64,000 nt of DNA. Origin: an uncultured Chloroflexia bacterium (GTDB lineage: Bacteria; Chloroflexota; Limnocylindria; Limnocylindrales; CSP1-4). Each line of letters opens with the position of its first letter. Positions within the stretch are counted from its first letter, which is position 1. Positions 1-9,576 of the stretch are shown here, one piece after another. Below the pieces are notes generated by a model. It was given only the letters and a program-made list of their open reading frames with translations. It was not told the DNA's origin and did no database searches. Made by a program: the position numbers and the translations under genes. Where the stretch lies: NCBI GenBank assembly GCA_963763775.1, contig CAVXPZ010000001.1, positions 384,001-448,000 of the forward strand, in the 5' to 3' direction.

Positions 1-979
1 ACGCACGCCCCCGGTGCAGCACCGGCGCCTCGAGAAGGCGGAACGACAGCTCGCCAGCGACGATCGTCATCAACGGCGCGATCGCCCAAACGGACCCGAA
101 CAGGACCGTCATGGGCCAGTTCCAGAGGTAGAGGCTGTACGCGCGGAGGCCGACCGGCGCGAGGCGGCCGAGTGGTGTGAGCTCGCCGCCGATGACGGCC
201 ACGGTCGCGATCATCGCGACGGGGATGGCGACGTCATGGACCGCGGATAGCGCGAACGCGACGACGAGAAGCGCCAGGACACCCGCAGCCGCGATCCACG
301 ACGGCCACCTCGGCCGCACCATGGCGACCACGCACCCGAGCAGGATGGCGTCGGCCCTCGTGATCGTCGAGAAGTACTCGAACGACCCGCTCGCGACGAG
401 CCTGACCGCGGATGCGGCGAGGATCGCGACGATGGCGACGATCAATACGCGACCGCGAAGCAGGATCAGCAGCGCGGGCCAGACAAGGTAGAACTGCTCC
501 TCGATGGCGAGCGACCACGCATGGGCCAGCGGCTGGAAGCTGATCCCGGCCACGTCGGCCCAGTTCGTCACGTACGCCAGGCACGACAGCACGCCGACCT
601 GCCAGGCCGACGTTCCCCAGCCGATCGTCAACCCGTATGCGACGACGAACGCGAGGAGGCCGAGCAGGGCCGGCGCCAGCCGCTCGATGCGGCGACGGTA
701 GAAGGCCGTGACGTCGATGCGGCCGTGGTTCGCCCGTTGGGCCAGGAGCACGTTCGTGATGAGATAACCCGAAAGGACGAAGAAGGCCGTGACCCCTGCG
801 TCCCCGCCGTTGTTGACCCAGGGCCATCGCGCGTGCGTCAGGATGACCAGCCCGATGGCGATCGCGCGCAGTCCGTCCAGGTCAGCGCGGTACCTGGTCG
901 CGGCATCGGCCGAGGTCGGATGGCCGCGATCGGAGGTCGCCGGTTCCGGCGTCGTCCGGGTCAGTCGGTCGATCGGCAC
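1..979 (-). CDS. Acyltransferase-3 family (OafA/YrhL-like) membrane O-acyltransferase, runs off window start
   Basis: Absent from ORF track because there is no stop in the window. Manual translation from GTG at 979 gives RYRADLDGLRAIAIGLVILTH...GVTAFFVLSGYLIT...FYRRRIERL...HAWSLAIEEQFYLVWP, the AT3 family motifs. Confidence 0.88.
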   Translation of the reverse strand, partial: MPIDRLTRTTPEPATSDRGHPTSADAATRYRADLDGLRAIAIGLVILTHARWPWVNNGGDAGVTAFFVLSGYLITNVLLAQRANHGRIDVTAFYRRRIERLAPALLGLLAFVVAYGLTIGWGTSAWQVGVLSCLAYVTNWADVAGISFQPLAHAWSLAIEEQFYLVWPALLILLRGRVLIVAIVAILAASAVRLVASGSFEYFSTITRADAILLGCVVAMVRPRWPSWIAAAGVLALLVVAFALSAVHDVAIPVAMIATVAVIGGELTPLGRLAPVGLRAYSLYLWNWPMTVLFGSVWAIAPLMTIVAGELSFRLLEAPVLHRGRA

Positions 980-1198
980 CTGGGATCCCTGGGCGTTTCG
1001 GCAACCGAGTCACGCAGGGTACTGCCCCGGAAGTCCCGGTGGGAAGAGCCCCCGCAACCGTCGGTGCGTCTCGTCACCTCCATCGGCCGTCGACGCGGCA
1101 CTCGGGCCGGTCGGGGCGCGTCGCGAGGGACCATCGGCCTATCGACCTCGACGCGGTCATCGTGGACGCTACGGACCCCACCACCGCGAGGGCCACCG

Positions 1199-1543
1199 AT
1201 GACCACACTGACCGCCCTGTCCGATACGCGCCAGCCGCGCGCGCTCGTGACGATCGTCCCGGACGCCTCTCGTCGCGGCCGGATCACGGCCGCCGGCTTC
1301 GGGGCACTGACCTACTTCGGGCTGTCGACCGCCTTCGCGCTCGTCCTGTCGGGGTCCGCCCTGACGATCGCGCAGGTCGTGGCCCTGGGCGTGGCCGTCC
1401 TCGCCGGAACGAAGATGGTCGGCGCGACGGACCGGCGCTCGTGGCTCATCGCCGCGGGATCGGTCGTCGGGGCGATCGCGATCGTCGGTGTCGCGGCCTT
1501 CACGGTCATCGCGATCGCGATCTGGGGACCGCTCGCGCCCTGA
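1199..1543 (+). CDS. Small hypothetical membrane protein (~3 TM helices)
   Basis: Internal ATG at 1199 of ORF 521..1543; hydrophobic segments; GC3-rich codons. Confidence 0.6.
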   Translation: MTTLTALSDTRQPRALVTIVPDASRRGRITAAGFGALTYFGLSTAFALVLSGSALTIAQVVALGVAVLAGTKMVGATDRRSWLIAAGSVVGAIAIVGVAAFTVIAIAIWGPLAP

Positions 1544-1598
1544 CCGACCGGGCCGGCATGTCGCCTCGGAACGAGCCGCGCCACTCGCTGCCTGACGG

Positions 1599-2819
1599 TC
1601 AGCTCCGCCGGAACCCGAACCGGCCGGCCTTCTTCTGCTCCTCGGCCGCGGGGACGGCGAAGGCATCCTCGCCGAAGGCCGACTGGCTCAACTTGATCAG
1701 CCGCTCGGCGACGAGCGTGCGCGGCGCGCCGAGCACGACCGGATCACCCTCGTTGACCGCCTTGAGGTAGACGAACGCGTCGTACGGCAGCTCGATCGTG
1801 ATCTTCGAGCCGAGCGCGCTCTCGACATCGCGCTCCTTGAGGATGTCCTTCGCGAACATGTGGTTGAGCACGAACGTCGACTTCAGGCCGACGGTGCCCG
1901 TGTCGTTGAAGAAGTCCAGCAGGTTGTGGACGGCCCGAAGCGCGGCGATCTCCGGGTAGACCGGCAGCACCACGGACTCGGCGGACTCGAGCACGGTCAT
2001 CGAACGCTCATCGACCACCGAGCCGGCATCGATGACGACGAATTCGTAGGCCTCCAGGAGCGTCTTGAGGAGCCGCTCGACGTGCGCGGGCTCGACGAGG
2101 GCTGCACCCTCGGGCGTTCCGGGCGCCGCGAGCACGTGGAGCCCGGAGTCGTGCCTGATCGCGAACGTCCGCAGCAGCTCCGGCTCCTTGATCGCCATCT
2201 CGTCGCGGACGACGTCGGCGATCGTGGCCTTCGGTTCGAGGTTCAGGTGGCTCGCGACGCCACCGAACTGGAGCGCCAGGTCGACGAGGATGACCCGGTC
2301 CGGCCGGCCCATCGCCTTCGCGACCGCGATGTTCGTCGCGATGGTCGTGGTCCCGACCCCGCCCTTGGGGCTGAAGACCGCCACCATGCGTCGGGCTCGT
2401 GCGACGACCAGGCCGTCGGCCGAGACGACGGGCGTCATGTCCTTCGAGCGCTGGAACCGCAGCAGCAGCGCCTCGACCCGCGCCTCGAGCTCGCGGTCGT
2501 CGAACGGCTTGGCCATGACGTCATCGGCCCCGGCCTCGAGGAAGCCGATCCGGATGTCGACCTCGTCGGTCTGGCTGATGCACATGATCGGGACGCCGGC
2601 CATCGCCGGGGTCGAGCGGATCTCCGCGCACAGGTCGACAGCGGTCTTCTCGCCGGCGACCACGTCGAGGATGACGAGCTGATAGCCCGCGACATCGGCG
2701 AAGGCCTGGTCGGCGTTCGCCGTCACCGTGACCGAGTATCCGGCGCCGGTCAGGACGGACCCGATGGCCTCGGCCGAGGCGGGATCGGCGTCGAGGAGCA
2801 AGATGGAGCTGGCGGGCAC
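1599..2819 (-). CDS. Receiver-domain + MinD/ParA-like ATPase (CpaE/TadZ-like)
   Basis: N-terminal REC domain (LLLDAD, VILDV, AKPF); deviant Walker A SPKGGVGTTT; VVIDAG. Confidence 0.82.
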   Translation of the reverse strand: MPASSILLLDADPASAEAIGSVLTGAGYSVTVTANADQAFADVAGYQLVILDVVAGEKTAVDLCAEIRSTPAMAGVPIMCISQTDEVDIRIGFLEAGADDVMAKPFDDRELEARVEALLLRFQRSKDMTPVVSADGLVVARARRMVAVFSPKGGVGTTTIATNIAVAKAMGRPDRVILVDLALQFGGVASHLNLEPKATIADVVRDEMAIKEPELLRTFAIRHDSGLHVLAAPGTPEGAALVEPAHVERLLKTLLEAYEFVVIDAGSVVDERSMTVLESAESVVLPVYPEIAALRAVHNLLDFFNDTGTVGLKSTFVLNHMFAKDILKERDVESALGSKITIELPYDAFVYLKAVNEGDPVVLGAPRTLVAERLIKLSQSAFGEDAFAVPAAEEQKKAGRFGFRRS

Positions 2820-2934
2820 GGAGCCTCCCCCTGGAGCTGGCGATCCGCGGCGGGATACGGGGCGCGCGGAGTGGATGGCATCGAGGATACATCGGCTCGC
2901 GGGAGGGCCGGGGACCGGCCGTCGCGGGGTCCCG

Positions 2935-2943
2935 TGCTAGACT
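2935..2943 (+). promoter_or_regulatory. Extended -10 promoter for rpsF operon (TGcTAGACT)
   Basis: TGn-TAnnnT match ~75 nt upstream of rpsF; the same motif recurs before ilvE, rplS, rpsB and rpsO. Confidence 0.55.
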
Positions 2944-2953
2944 ACGGTCCGTT

Positions 2954-3007
2954 TCCTTTCCGCTCCGTGCCGGCCTGCCGTCAGCGGGGCATCCCCATTG
3001 GAAGGAG
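2954..3007 (+). promoter_or_regulatory. Putative S6:S18-type ribosomal protein leader hairpin
   Basis: TCCTTTCC (2954-2961) can pair with GGAAGGA (3000-3006, the SD); inner stem GTGCC/GGCAT with C-rich internal loop; lies directly upstream of rpsF. Confidence 0.45.
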
Positions 3008-3018
3008 TGCTTGCGCGC

Positions 3019-3453
3019 ATGCGCCGTTATGAACTGATGCTCGTCATCCGGCCCGATGTGGCGGACGACAAGAGCCAGGCGGTCGTCGATCGGACGACCC
3101 GCCAGATCGTGGCCGCCGGTGGCCAGATCGTGAAGGTGGCCCCGTGGGGGCGCCGGCGCCTCGCGTATCCCATCGATCGCCATCGCGAGGGCTCGTACCA
3201 GATCATCCTCTTCGAGGCTCCGGCCGACGCGATCCGCGAGCTCGAGCACAGCCTCCTCATCACCGAGGAGGTCCTCCGTCACCTCGTGACCCGCGCCGAC
3301 CGTCCGGTCAAGGCCGGCCGCGGTGGCGATGCCGACGACGACATCATCGACGAGTCGGTGCTCCCGTCCGGCGAGGACGAGGAAGACGAGGACGACGGCA
3401 CCGAGCGGATCGACGAATCCGAGAGCGAGGCGGCCCCCGCCGCCATCGATTGA
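3019..3453 (+). CDS. rpsF: 30S ribosomal protein S6 with acidic C-terminal tail
   Basis: MRRYELMLVIRPD...WGRRRLAYPI; SD GAAGGAG upstream of ATG 3019. Confidence 0.96.
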   Translation: MRRYELMLVIRPDVADDKSQAVVDRTTRQIVAAGGQIVKVAPWGRRRLAYPIDRHREGSYQIILFEAPADAIRELEHSLLITEEVLRHLVTRADRPVKAGRGGDADDDIIDESVLPSGEDEEDEDDGTERIDESESEAAPAAID

Positions 3454-3465
3454 CGGAGGCTCACG

Positions 3466-3918
3466 ATGGCGTTCTGCAAGATCATGTTCATCGGCAATCT
3501 GGGCCGCGACCCGGAGATGCGGTACATGCCCAACGGCCGGCCTGTGACCCAGTTCAGCGTCGCCGTCAGCCATAGCAAGCCGGACGGCCAGGGCGGCTGG
3601 GTGGACGAGGGCACCGACTGGTACCGCGTGAGCGTCTTCGGCGACCGCGCCGAGCGCATCGCCGAGCAGCTCCGCAAGGGCATGAAGGTCTTCGTCGAGG
3701 GCCGCCTCAAGACGAGCGAATACGTCGGCAAGGACAACGAGAAGCGGTTCTCGCTGGACGTCTCCGCCGACAACGTCATCAACCTCGCGGCGCGCGGCAG
3801 CGGCGACGACGGCGGCGGGAGCGGCAACTTCGCCGGCGCCCCGGCGGCCGTGGCCAGCGGCGGCGGGTCGACCCGTGCGCCTGCCGACGACACCGACCTC
3901 GACGACCTTCCCTTCTGA
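3466..3918 (+). CDS. ssb: Single-stranded DNA-binding protein
   Basis: IGNLGRDPEMRY; C-terminal DDLPF; rpsF-ssb-rpsR synteny. Confidence 0.97.
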   Translation: MAFCKIMFIGNLGRDPEMRYMPNGRPVTQFSVAVSHSKPDGQGGWVDEGTDWYRVSVFGDRAERIAEQLRKGMKVFVEGRLKTSEYVGKDNEKRFSLDVSADNVINLAARGSGDDGGGSGNFAGAPAAVASGGGSTRAPADDTDLDDLPF

Positions 3919-3936
3919 TCAGGAGACCACCGAACC

Positions 3937-4203
3937 ATGCCTCCCGTCCGTTCCAAGAAGCGCGACGACTTCTACCGGGATCGCCGCCGCCGCAAGGTCT
4001 GCGCGTTCTGCGCCGACAAGACCGTCCAGATCGACTACAAGGAGGTCAACCGCCTCCGTCGATACCTCTCCGAGCGCGCCAAGATCGAGCCTCGACGCAA
4101 GACGGGCACCTGCGCGGGACACCAGCGCGAGCTGGCCGTCGCGTTGAAGCGGGCGCGACACGTCGCGCTCCTGCCGTACGCGCCGCAGCACCTCCGCCCC
4201 TAG
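3937..4203 (+). CDS. rpsR: 30S ribosomal protein S18 (Cys-containing form)
   Basis: RRKVCAFC...IDYKEV...TGTCAGHQR...[13 protein letters not shown]. Confidence 0.97.
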   Translation: MPPVRSKKRDDFYRDRRRRKVCAFCADKTVQIDYKEVNRLRRYLSERAKIEPRRKTGTCAGHQRELAVALKRARHVALLPYAPQHLRP

Positions 4204-4262
4204 CGTTCGGGCGTCGTTGACCGGCGGGCCGGCCGCACCCGTCCCGACTCGGGAGGAGTAGG

Positions 4263-5030
4263 GTGCTCGTCGGTCTGTTGATCGGCAGTGGAGCCGCCGC
4301 CGGTCTCTTCGGCTCGCTGCTCGGGCTGGGCGGCGGCGTCCTCATCGTCCCGCTCCTGACCCTCGGCTTCGGCCTTCCGCTCCGGGAGGCCGTGGGCGTG
4401 TCCCTGGTCGCGGTGATCATGACGAGCAGCGCGGCCGCCGGTGTCTACCTCGAGCGACACGTGGCCAACCTCCGGCTCGGCATGTCCCTGGAGTTGTTCA
4501 CCGCGACGGGGGCGCTGATCGGCGGCAGCATCGCGTTCCTGCTCAGCGAGCAGGTCGTGGAGGTCCTGTTCGCGATCCTCCTCACGTACGTGGCTCTGTC
4601 CATGCTCCGGCAACGGAACCGCGGTGGGGACGAGCCAGAGGCGACGGCTACGTCCGGATACGAGGTCCGCAACATGGGCCTGGGCGTCGTCGGCTCGACG
4701 TTCGCGGGCCTGGTCTCGGCCCTCCTCGGCGTCGGCGGCGGGATCGTCAAGGTGCCGCTGATGAACCTCGGCATGGGGGTGCCGCTGCGGGTCGCCACGG
4801 CGACGAGCAACCTGATGATCGGGATCACCGCCTCGGCGAGCGCGGTCATCTACCTGCTGCACGGCGGCATCGACCCGTACGTGGCGGGGCCGACCGCGAT
4901 CGGGGTCTTCGTGGGTGCCTCGGTCGGATCGCGGGTCGCCCCGCGCATCGACGCCCGATACCTCCGGATCCTGTTCGTCGTCGTCCTGCTCTACACCGCC
5001 ATCCAGATGTTCCTGAAGGCGATCGGGTGA
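4263..5030 (+). CDS. TSUP (TauE/SafE) family membrane transporter
   Basis: Duplicated GLGGG/GVGGG-x-IVP/KVP repeats; ~8 TM; SD GGAGG. Confidence 0.88.
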   Translation: MLVGLLIGSGAAAGLFGSLLGLGGGVLIVPLLTLGFGLPLREAVGVSLVAVIMTSSAAAGVYLERHVANLRLGMSLELFTATGALIGGSIAFLLSEQVVEVLFAILLTYVALSMLRQRNRGGDEPEATATSGYEVRNMGLGVVGSTFAGLVSALLGVGGGIVKVPLMNLGMGVPLRVATATSNLMIGITASASAVIYLLHGGIDPYVAGPTAIGVFVGASVGSRVAPRIDARYLRILFVVVLLYTAIQMFLKAIG

Positions 5031-5398
5031 CCCCGTCGACGACGCCCTCGCCCAGGGACATCGACCGGATCATCGGCCGACTCCTGGTGTGGCTCACGTA
5101 CGTCGCGGTGACGCTCCTCATCATCGGCGTCGTGCTCATGATCCGCGACGGGATCTCGCCGTTGGACGCCAGCCCCACGTTCGATCCGGGCACGATCGCC
5201 GCCGACGTGACGGCGCTGCGACCGGTCGGCTTCCTGTGGCTCGGCCTGCTGGCCGTCCTGGTCGCCCCGATCGCCCGGGTCGTCGTCGCCGGCGTCGGAT
5301 TCGCCCTTGACCGACAATGGGTCATGGTGCTGGTCGCGATGGGCATCCTGGCCGTCATCGCGGTGGGAGTGATCAGCGCCGCCCTTACGGAGGTTTGA
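5027..5398 (+). CDS. DUF1634-like membrane protein
   Basis: GLLAVLVAPIARV motif; 3 TM; GTGA overlap with the TSUP gene, the usual neighbour of this family. Confidence 0.75.
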   Translation: MTPSTTPSPRDIDRIIGRLLVWLTYVAVTLLIIGVVLMIRDGISPLDASPTFDPGTIAADVTALRPVGFLWLGLLAVLVAPIARVVVAGVGFALDRQWVMVLVAMGILAVIAVGVISAALTEV

Positions 5399-6451
5399 GT
5401 GGACCTGGTCGTCCTCGCGTTCGGCTTCGTCATCATCCTGTTGGGCGCCGAGTTGTTCACCAACGGGATCGAGTGGTTCGGGCGAAAGCTCGAGCTCGCC
5501 GAGGGGGCCGTCGGCTCGGTCCTCGCGGCCGTGGGGACCGCCCTCCCCGAGACGATGATCCCGATCATCGCGATCCTGTTCGCGACCGGTGAGTCCTCGA
5601 ACGAGGTCGGCGTCGGCGCGATCCTGGGGGCGCCGTTCATGCTCGCGACGCTCGCCATGTTCGTGACCGGGATCGCGGTGCTCTACCAGGCGCGCAAGCG
5701 CACGACCGGCGACCGGATGCTGGTCGACACCGCCGTCCTCGCCCACGACATGCGCTATTTCGCCATCGCCTACACCCTGGCTGTCGGTGCCGCCTTCCTG
5801 CCATTGGAGCCGGTCTGGCTGAAGTGGATCGTCGGGGTCGTGCTGATCGGCATGTATGCGTGGTACGTGAAGGGGCACTTCGAGGCCGATCCGACGGTCG
5901 ACGCCAGCGACCTCGCGCCGCTGCGCTTCCACCGCATCGACCGGCAGGCCCATCGCGCGGACCCGGCGGTGCCTCGCCTGCGGGTGGTGAACCTCCAGGT
6001 CCTCGTGGCCCTCGGGTTCATCGTCCTGGGGGCGTTCGCGTTCGTCCACGCGGTCGAGGACATCGCGACGCAATTCGGCATCGACGAGGTCCTGCTGGCC
6101 CTCGTCGTCGCGCCGATCGCGACCGAGCTGCCCGAGAAGTTCAACTCCATCATCTGGGTCCGTTCGGGCAAGGACACCCTCGCGATGGGCAACATCACGG
6201 GCGCGATGGTCTTCCAGTCGACGATCCCGACGGTCGTCGCGCTGTTCTTCGCCGCATCGACCTGGGTGGCGACCTCGGGGTCGTACGTGGCGTTCGCGTC
6301 GGCCGGGATCGCGCTGCTGTCGTCCGCGGTGATCTTCATCCCGATGGCCCGCTCGGGCCAGCTGCTCGGCCGGCGCCTGCTCGTCGGCGGGGTCTTCTAC
6401 CTCGGGTATCTGACGCTCGTCGGGCTCACCCTCGTCGGCGCGATCGGCTGA
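5399..6451 (+). CDS. Cation/Ca2+ antiporter (CaCA, YrbG-like)
   Basis: Two alpha-repeats GTALPE and ATELPE...GNITGA. Confidence 0.88.
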   Translation: MDLVVLAFGFVIILLGAELFTNGIEWFGRKLELAEGAVGSVLAAVGTALPETMIPIIAILFATGESSNEVGVGAILGAPFMLATLAMFVTGIAVLYQARKRTTGDRMLVDTAVLAHDMRYFAIAYTLAVGAAFLPLEPVWLKWIVGVVLIGMYAWYVKGHFEADPTVDASDLAPLRFHRIDRQAHRADPAVPRLRVVNLQVLVALGFIVLGAFAFVHAVEDIATQFGIDEVLLALVVAPIATELPEKFNSIIWVRSGKDTLAMGNITGAMVFQSTIPTVVALFFAASTWVATSGSYVAFASAGIALLSSAVIFIPMARSGQLLGRRLLVGGVFYLGYLTLVGLTLVGAIG

Positions 6452-6579
6452 CGGCGAGCGCCCCCGGTTCGGCTGGCCGGTCCGGCGGACGTCGCCTGAC
6501 CCGCTGATATACTCGGCCGACCGCTTCGGACCATCCTCGCGACCCTCGGGCCGCGACGCCAGCGCAGGAGCCGAGACGC

Positions 6580-7560
6580 ATGCTCACCGAGAAGTCGACG
6601 GACGCCCCCGCCACGACCCCGCACCACGCTCCCGCCCCGGGGTCGATGGACGACCTCATCTGCTACTTCGAGGGGGCGTTCGTGCCGATGCGCGACGCGA
6701 AGGTCAGCATCATGACCCACGCGTTCATGTACGGGACGGCGACGTTCGAGGGCATCCGGGCGTACTGGAACGCGGACCAGGGCCGCCTCTACGGGCTGAA
6801 GCTCCGCGAGCACGTGGAGCGGATCCGCCAGTCCTGCCGGATCCTGATGATCGACGACGTGCCCTCGGTCGACGAGCTCACGGCGCTCATCGTCGACACC
6901 GTTCGACGGAACGCGTTCCGCCAGGACGCCTACATCCGCCCGTCTTTCTACAAGTCCACCCGGGCGATCGGCGTGCGGCTCCACGACCTCGAGTCGCAGC
7001 TGTACATCATCGCGGTCCCGTTCGGGAACTACGTCGACACCGAGACCGGCTGCCGGCTCATGACGTCGTCGTGGCGCCGGAACGCCGACGAGGCCATCCC
7101 GGCCCGCGGCAAGATCGTGGGCGGCTACGTGAACATGGCGTTCCAGAAGACCGAGGCCGAGCTCAACGGCTACGACGAGGCGCTCGTCCTGACCGCGGAC
7201 GGCCACGTCAACGAGGCGTCGGCGGCGAACCTGTTCGTGATCCGCGACGGCGTCGCGATCACGCCGCCGGTCAGCGACGACCTGCTGGAAGGCGTGACCC
7301 GCAAGGCGATCCTCGAGATCCTCGCCAACGAGGGCATCCCGACCGAGGTCCGCTCGATCGACCGGTCCGAGCTGTACGTCGCCGACGAGGCGCTGCTGTG
7401 CGGCACGGGCGTCCAGATCTCCCCGGTCATCGAAGTCGACCACCGGCCGGTGGGGTCGGGCTCGGTGGGGCCGATCGGCGGCATCGTCCGCGAGCGCTAC
7501 TTCGACGCGGTCCGGGGCAAGCTCCCCGAGTACCAGCACTGGCTGACGCCGATCGAGTGA
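6580..7560 (+). CDS. ilvE: Branched-chain amino acid aminotransferase (PLP fold IV)
   Basis: YGTATFEGIRAY, K-x-x-G-x-Y, EASAANLF, LLEGVTR; TGaTATACT at 6505-6513 upstream. Confidence 0.93.
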   Translation: MLTEKSTDAPATTPHHAPAPGSMDDLICYFEGAFVPMRDAKVSIMTHAFMYGTATFEGIRAYWNADQGRLYGLKLREHVERIRQSCRILMIDDVPSVDELTALIVDTVRRNAFRQDAYIRPSFYKSTRAIGVRLHDLESQLYIIAVPFGNYVDTETGCRLMTSSWRRNADEAIPARGKIVGGYVNMAFQKTEAELNGYDEALVLTADGHVNEASAANLFVIRDGVAITPPVSDDLLEGVTRKAILEILANEGIPTEVRSIDRSELYVADEALLCGTGVQISPVIEVDHRPVGSGSVGPIGGIVRERYFDAVRGKLPEYQHWLTPIE

Positions 7561-7612
7561 CGGTGGCCGGCGGGACCACACGGTCCGCGCCGCCTCGTTC
7601 GACACCCGCGGA

Positions 7613-9493
7613 TCAGGAGAGCGGCGGCGCCACCAGGTTCGGCGTGTTCTGCCCGATGGTCACGATGACGTCCGTGCGGATCGCGGGATCCGTCACGAGC
7701 TGCACCTTGGTCTTGAAGAGCCGCTCCAGCGTCGCGATCGTGTTCGGGATCCGCGATTCCGCACCGTTGTAGACGACCACCTGGGTCGTCGCCGGGGTCG
7801 CGCCGGCAGGCTTCTGGCGCGGGGCCGATGCCGCGAGGCCGCGGTACTCGAGGTAGGCGGCCAGCGTCGTGCCGCGCGAACGGTCGGCGAACGGGTTCAG
7901 GACCCAGATGCCGGCACCCTCCTCGGCGAGCGCCTCGGCCTGCGCCTCGTCGACCGGGTTGCGCCGGAAGGCATTGTTGACGGCGGTGCGGATCCGCGAG
8001 ATGTTCGGGAACATCTTGTAGACCGGGGCGCCGGGCGCCGTCTCGGAACCGTACAGCGGCGGCTGGAAGACGTACGAGCTGATGTTCGTCGTATCGATCG
8101 AGGACGCGAGCCCCAGCAGATCGTCGAGCTGGCTCACGGGGATGTCCGTCTTGATCGAGCCCTTCAGCGCCTTGACGAGATCGGGCAGGCGGGGGATGAG
8201 GGCCTGCGGGTCGGCCTGCTCGCGCAGCGAGAGGAGGAGCCGCTGCTGGCGCGAGGCGCGGTCGAAGTCCGAGGTCGTGTGGCGGGAGCGGGCGTAGCGG
8301 AGCGCCGTCTGGCCGTCCATGTGCTGGAGCCCGGCCGGCACGTACAGCCGTCGGTCGAGGGCGCCCGTGGCCGGGAAGCCGTCGTCGACGATCGGGACCT
8401 GGACGTTGACGGTGACGCCGCCGAGTTCGTCGATGACCTTCTTGAAGCCGTCGAAGTTGACCTCGACGAAGTACCGGATATCGAGCCCGTAGAGGTTGCC
8501 GATGGTCGCCTTGAGCGCGTTGTACCCGCGAGTCTTGTTCGTACCCGGCCAGAGGTCGGACCGGTTCCGGTTGTTGACGAACAGCGAGTTGATCTTCTGA
8601 CCGTACGTGGAGCCCCAGAAGTTCCGCGCCGGCCCGGCGGGGAGGGGCACGTTCGTCATGTCGCGCGGCAGGCTGAACATGGCCACCTGCTTGGTCACCG
8701 GGTCGATCGAGACGGTGATCAGCGAGTCGGTGTTGTGGCCGCCGCCCTGGACATCCGCGCCGATGAGCAGGATGTTGAGGCGGTCCTTGCCGTTCCAGGG
8801 CGGGATCGACACCTCCGGGACCGGCGTGCCCGAGATCGACGGCTCCGGCGTCGGAACGGCGGTCGGGGCCTCTGAGTCCGTCGCGTCCGGGGTGGCGCTG
8901 TCGCTCGGCGAGGACGAGTCATCGCTCGGCGAGGACGAGCCGTCGCCGCCGGTATCGCCCGTGTCGCCGTTGTCGCCGCTGTCGTCGGCGCACACGGCCG
9001 TCTGGTCGTCGCCGACGAAGATGCAGCCACCGGTCAGGGCATCCAGTGCGAGGGAGTCGTAGCGGGCGACGACCACGTGCACGCCCGCCATCACGAGGAG
9101 CACGGCCAGCAGGCCCGCGATCGAGAGGGGATTGCGGACGATCTTGCCCGGGCCGAGTCGTCCGCTGCCGCCGGCGTCGTGGGCGTTGAGGAACTCCGCG
9201 ACCCGGTAGGCGTCGACGATCGCGACCACCCGATAGATCAGCACGATGACGTTGACCACGAAGACCGACTGCAGGAACAGCGGGTCGAAGACCAGCCCGA
9301 TCAGGCTGGTGCGGTCCATGCGCAGGAACACGCCGGAACCCAGGGCCACGAGGAGGATCACGGGTGCCGCGAAGGCCAGGGCGCGCATGTAGGCGCCGGC
9401 ATAGAGCTGGCCGAGCCCGGGGAAGATCAGGGAGAGGAAGGCGGCCGCGAACGGCGACCTGTGGCGCGGTCGCGCCTCCTGCGATTGCTGCAT
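7613..9493 (-). CDS. LytR-CpsA-Psr (LCP) glycopolymer transferase with N-terminal TM region and LytR_C-like C-terminal domain
   Basis: NILLIGAD, TDSL, SLPRD, KINS, ALRYARSR, DFDRASRQQ; Ser/Asp/Pro linker. Confidence 0.92.
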   Translation of the reverse strand: MQQSQEARPRHRSPFAAAFLSLIFPGLGQLYAGAYMRALAFAAPVILLVALGSGVFLRMDRTSLIGLVFDPLFLQSVFVVNVIVLIYRVVAIVDAYRVAEFLNAHDAGGSGRLGPGKIVRNPLSIAGLLAVLLVMAGVHVVVARYDSLALDALTGGCIFVGDDQTAVCADDSGDNGDTGDTGGDGSSSPSDDSSSPSDSATPDATDSEAPTAVPTPEPSISGTPVPEVSIPPWNGKDRLNILLIGADVQGGGHNTDSLITVSIDPVTKQVAMFSLPRDMTNVPLPAGPARNFWGSTYGQKINSLFVNNRNRSDLWPGTNKTRGYNALKATIGNLYGLDIRYFVEVNFDGFKKVIDELGGVTVNVQVPIVDDGFPATGALDRRLYVPAGLQHMDGQTALRYARSRHTTSDFDRASRQQRLLLSLREQADPQALIPRLPDLVKALKGSIKTDIPVSQLDDLLGLASSIDTTNISSYVFQPPLYGSETAPGAPVYKMFPNISRIRTAVNNAFRRNPVDEAQAEALAEEGAGIWVLNPFADRSRGTTLAAYLEYRGLAASAPRQKPAGATPATTQVVVYNGAESRIPNTIATLERLFKTKVQLVTDPAIRTDVIVTIGQNTPNLVAPPLS

Positions 9494-9576
9494 CGCGGGT
9501 AGGATACTCGGACCCGCCGATTCGACGCGCCCGCCGCCCTCCGAGCGCCTCGCGACCCTCTCGATACCGGAGTCGA

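Noticed and set aside
8901-8939. Direct repeat TCGCTCGGCGAGGACGAG x2, possible CRISPR or mobile-element trace
   Set aside because: Encodes the SSSPSD linker repeat inside the LCP gene; only two copies and no spacers.
9507-9576. T-box riboswitch upstream of ileS
   Set aside because: The leader is only about 70 nt and I see no T-box consensus or terminator.
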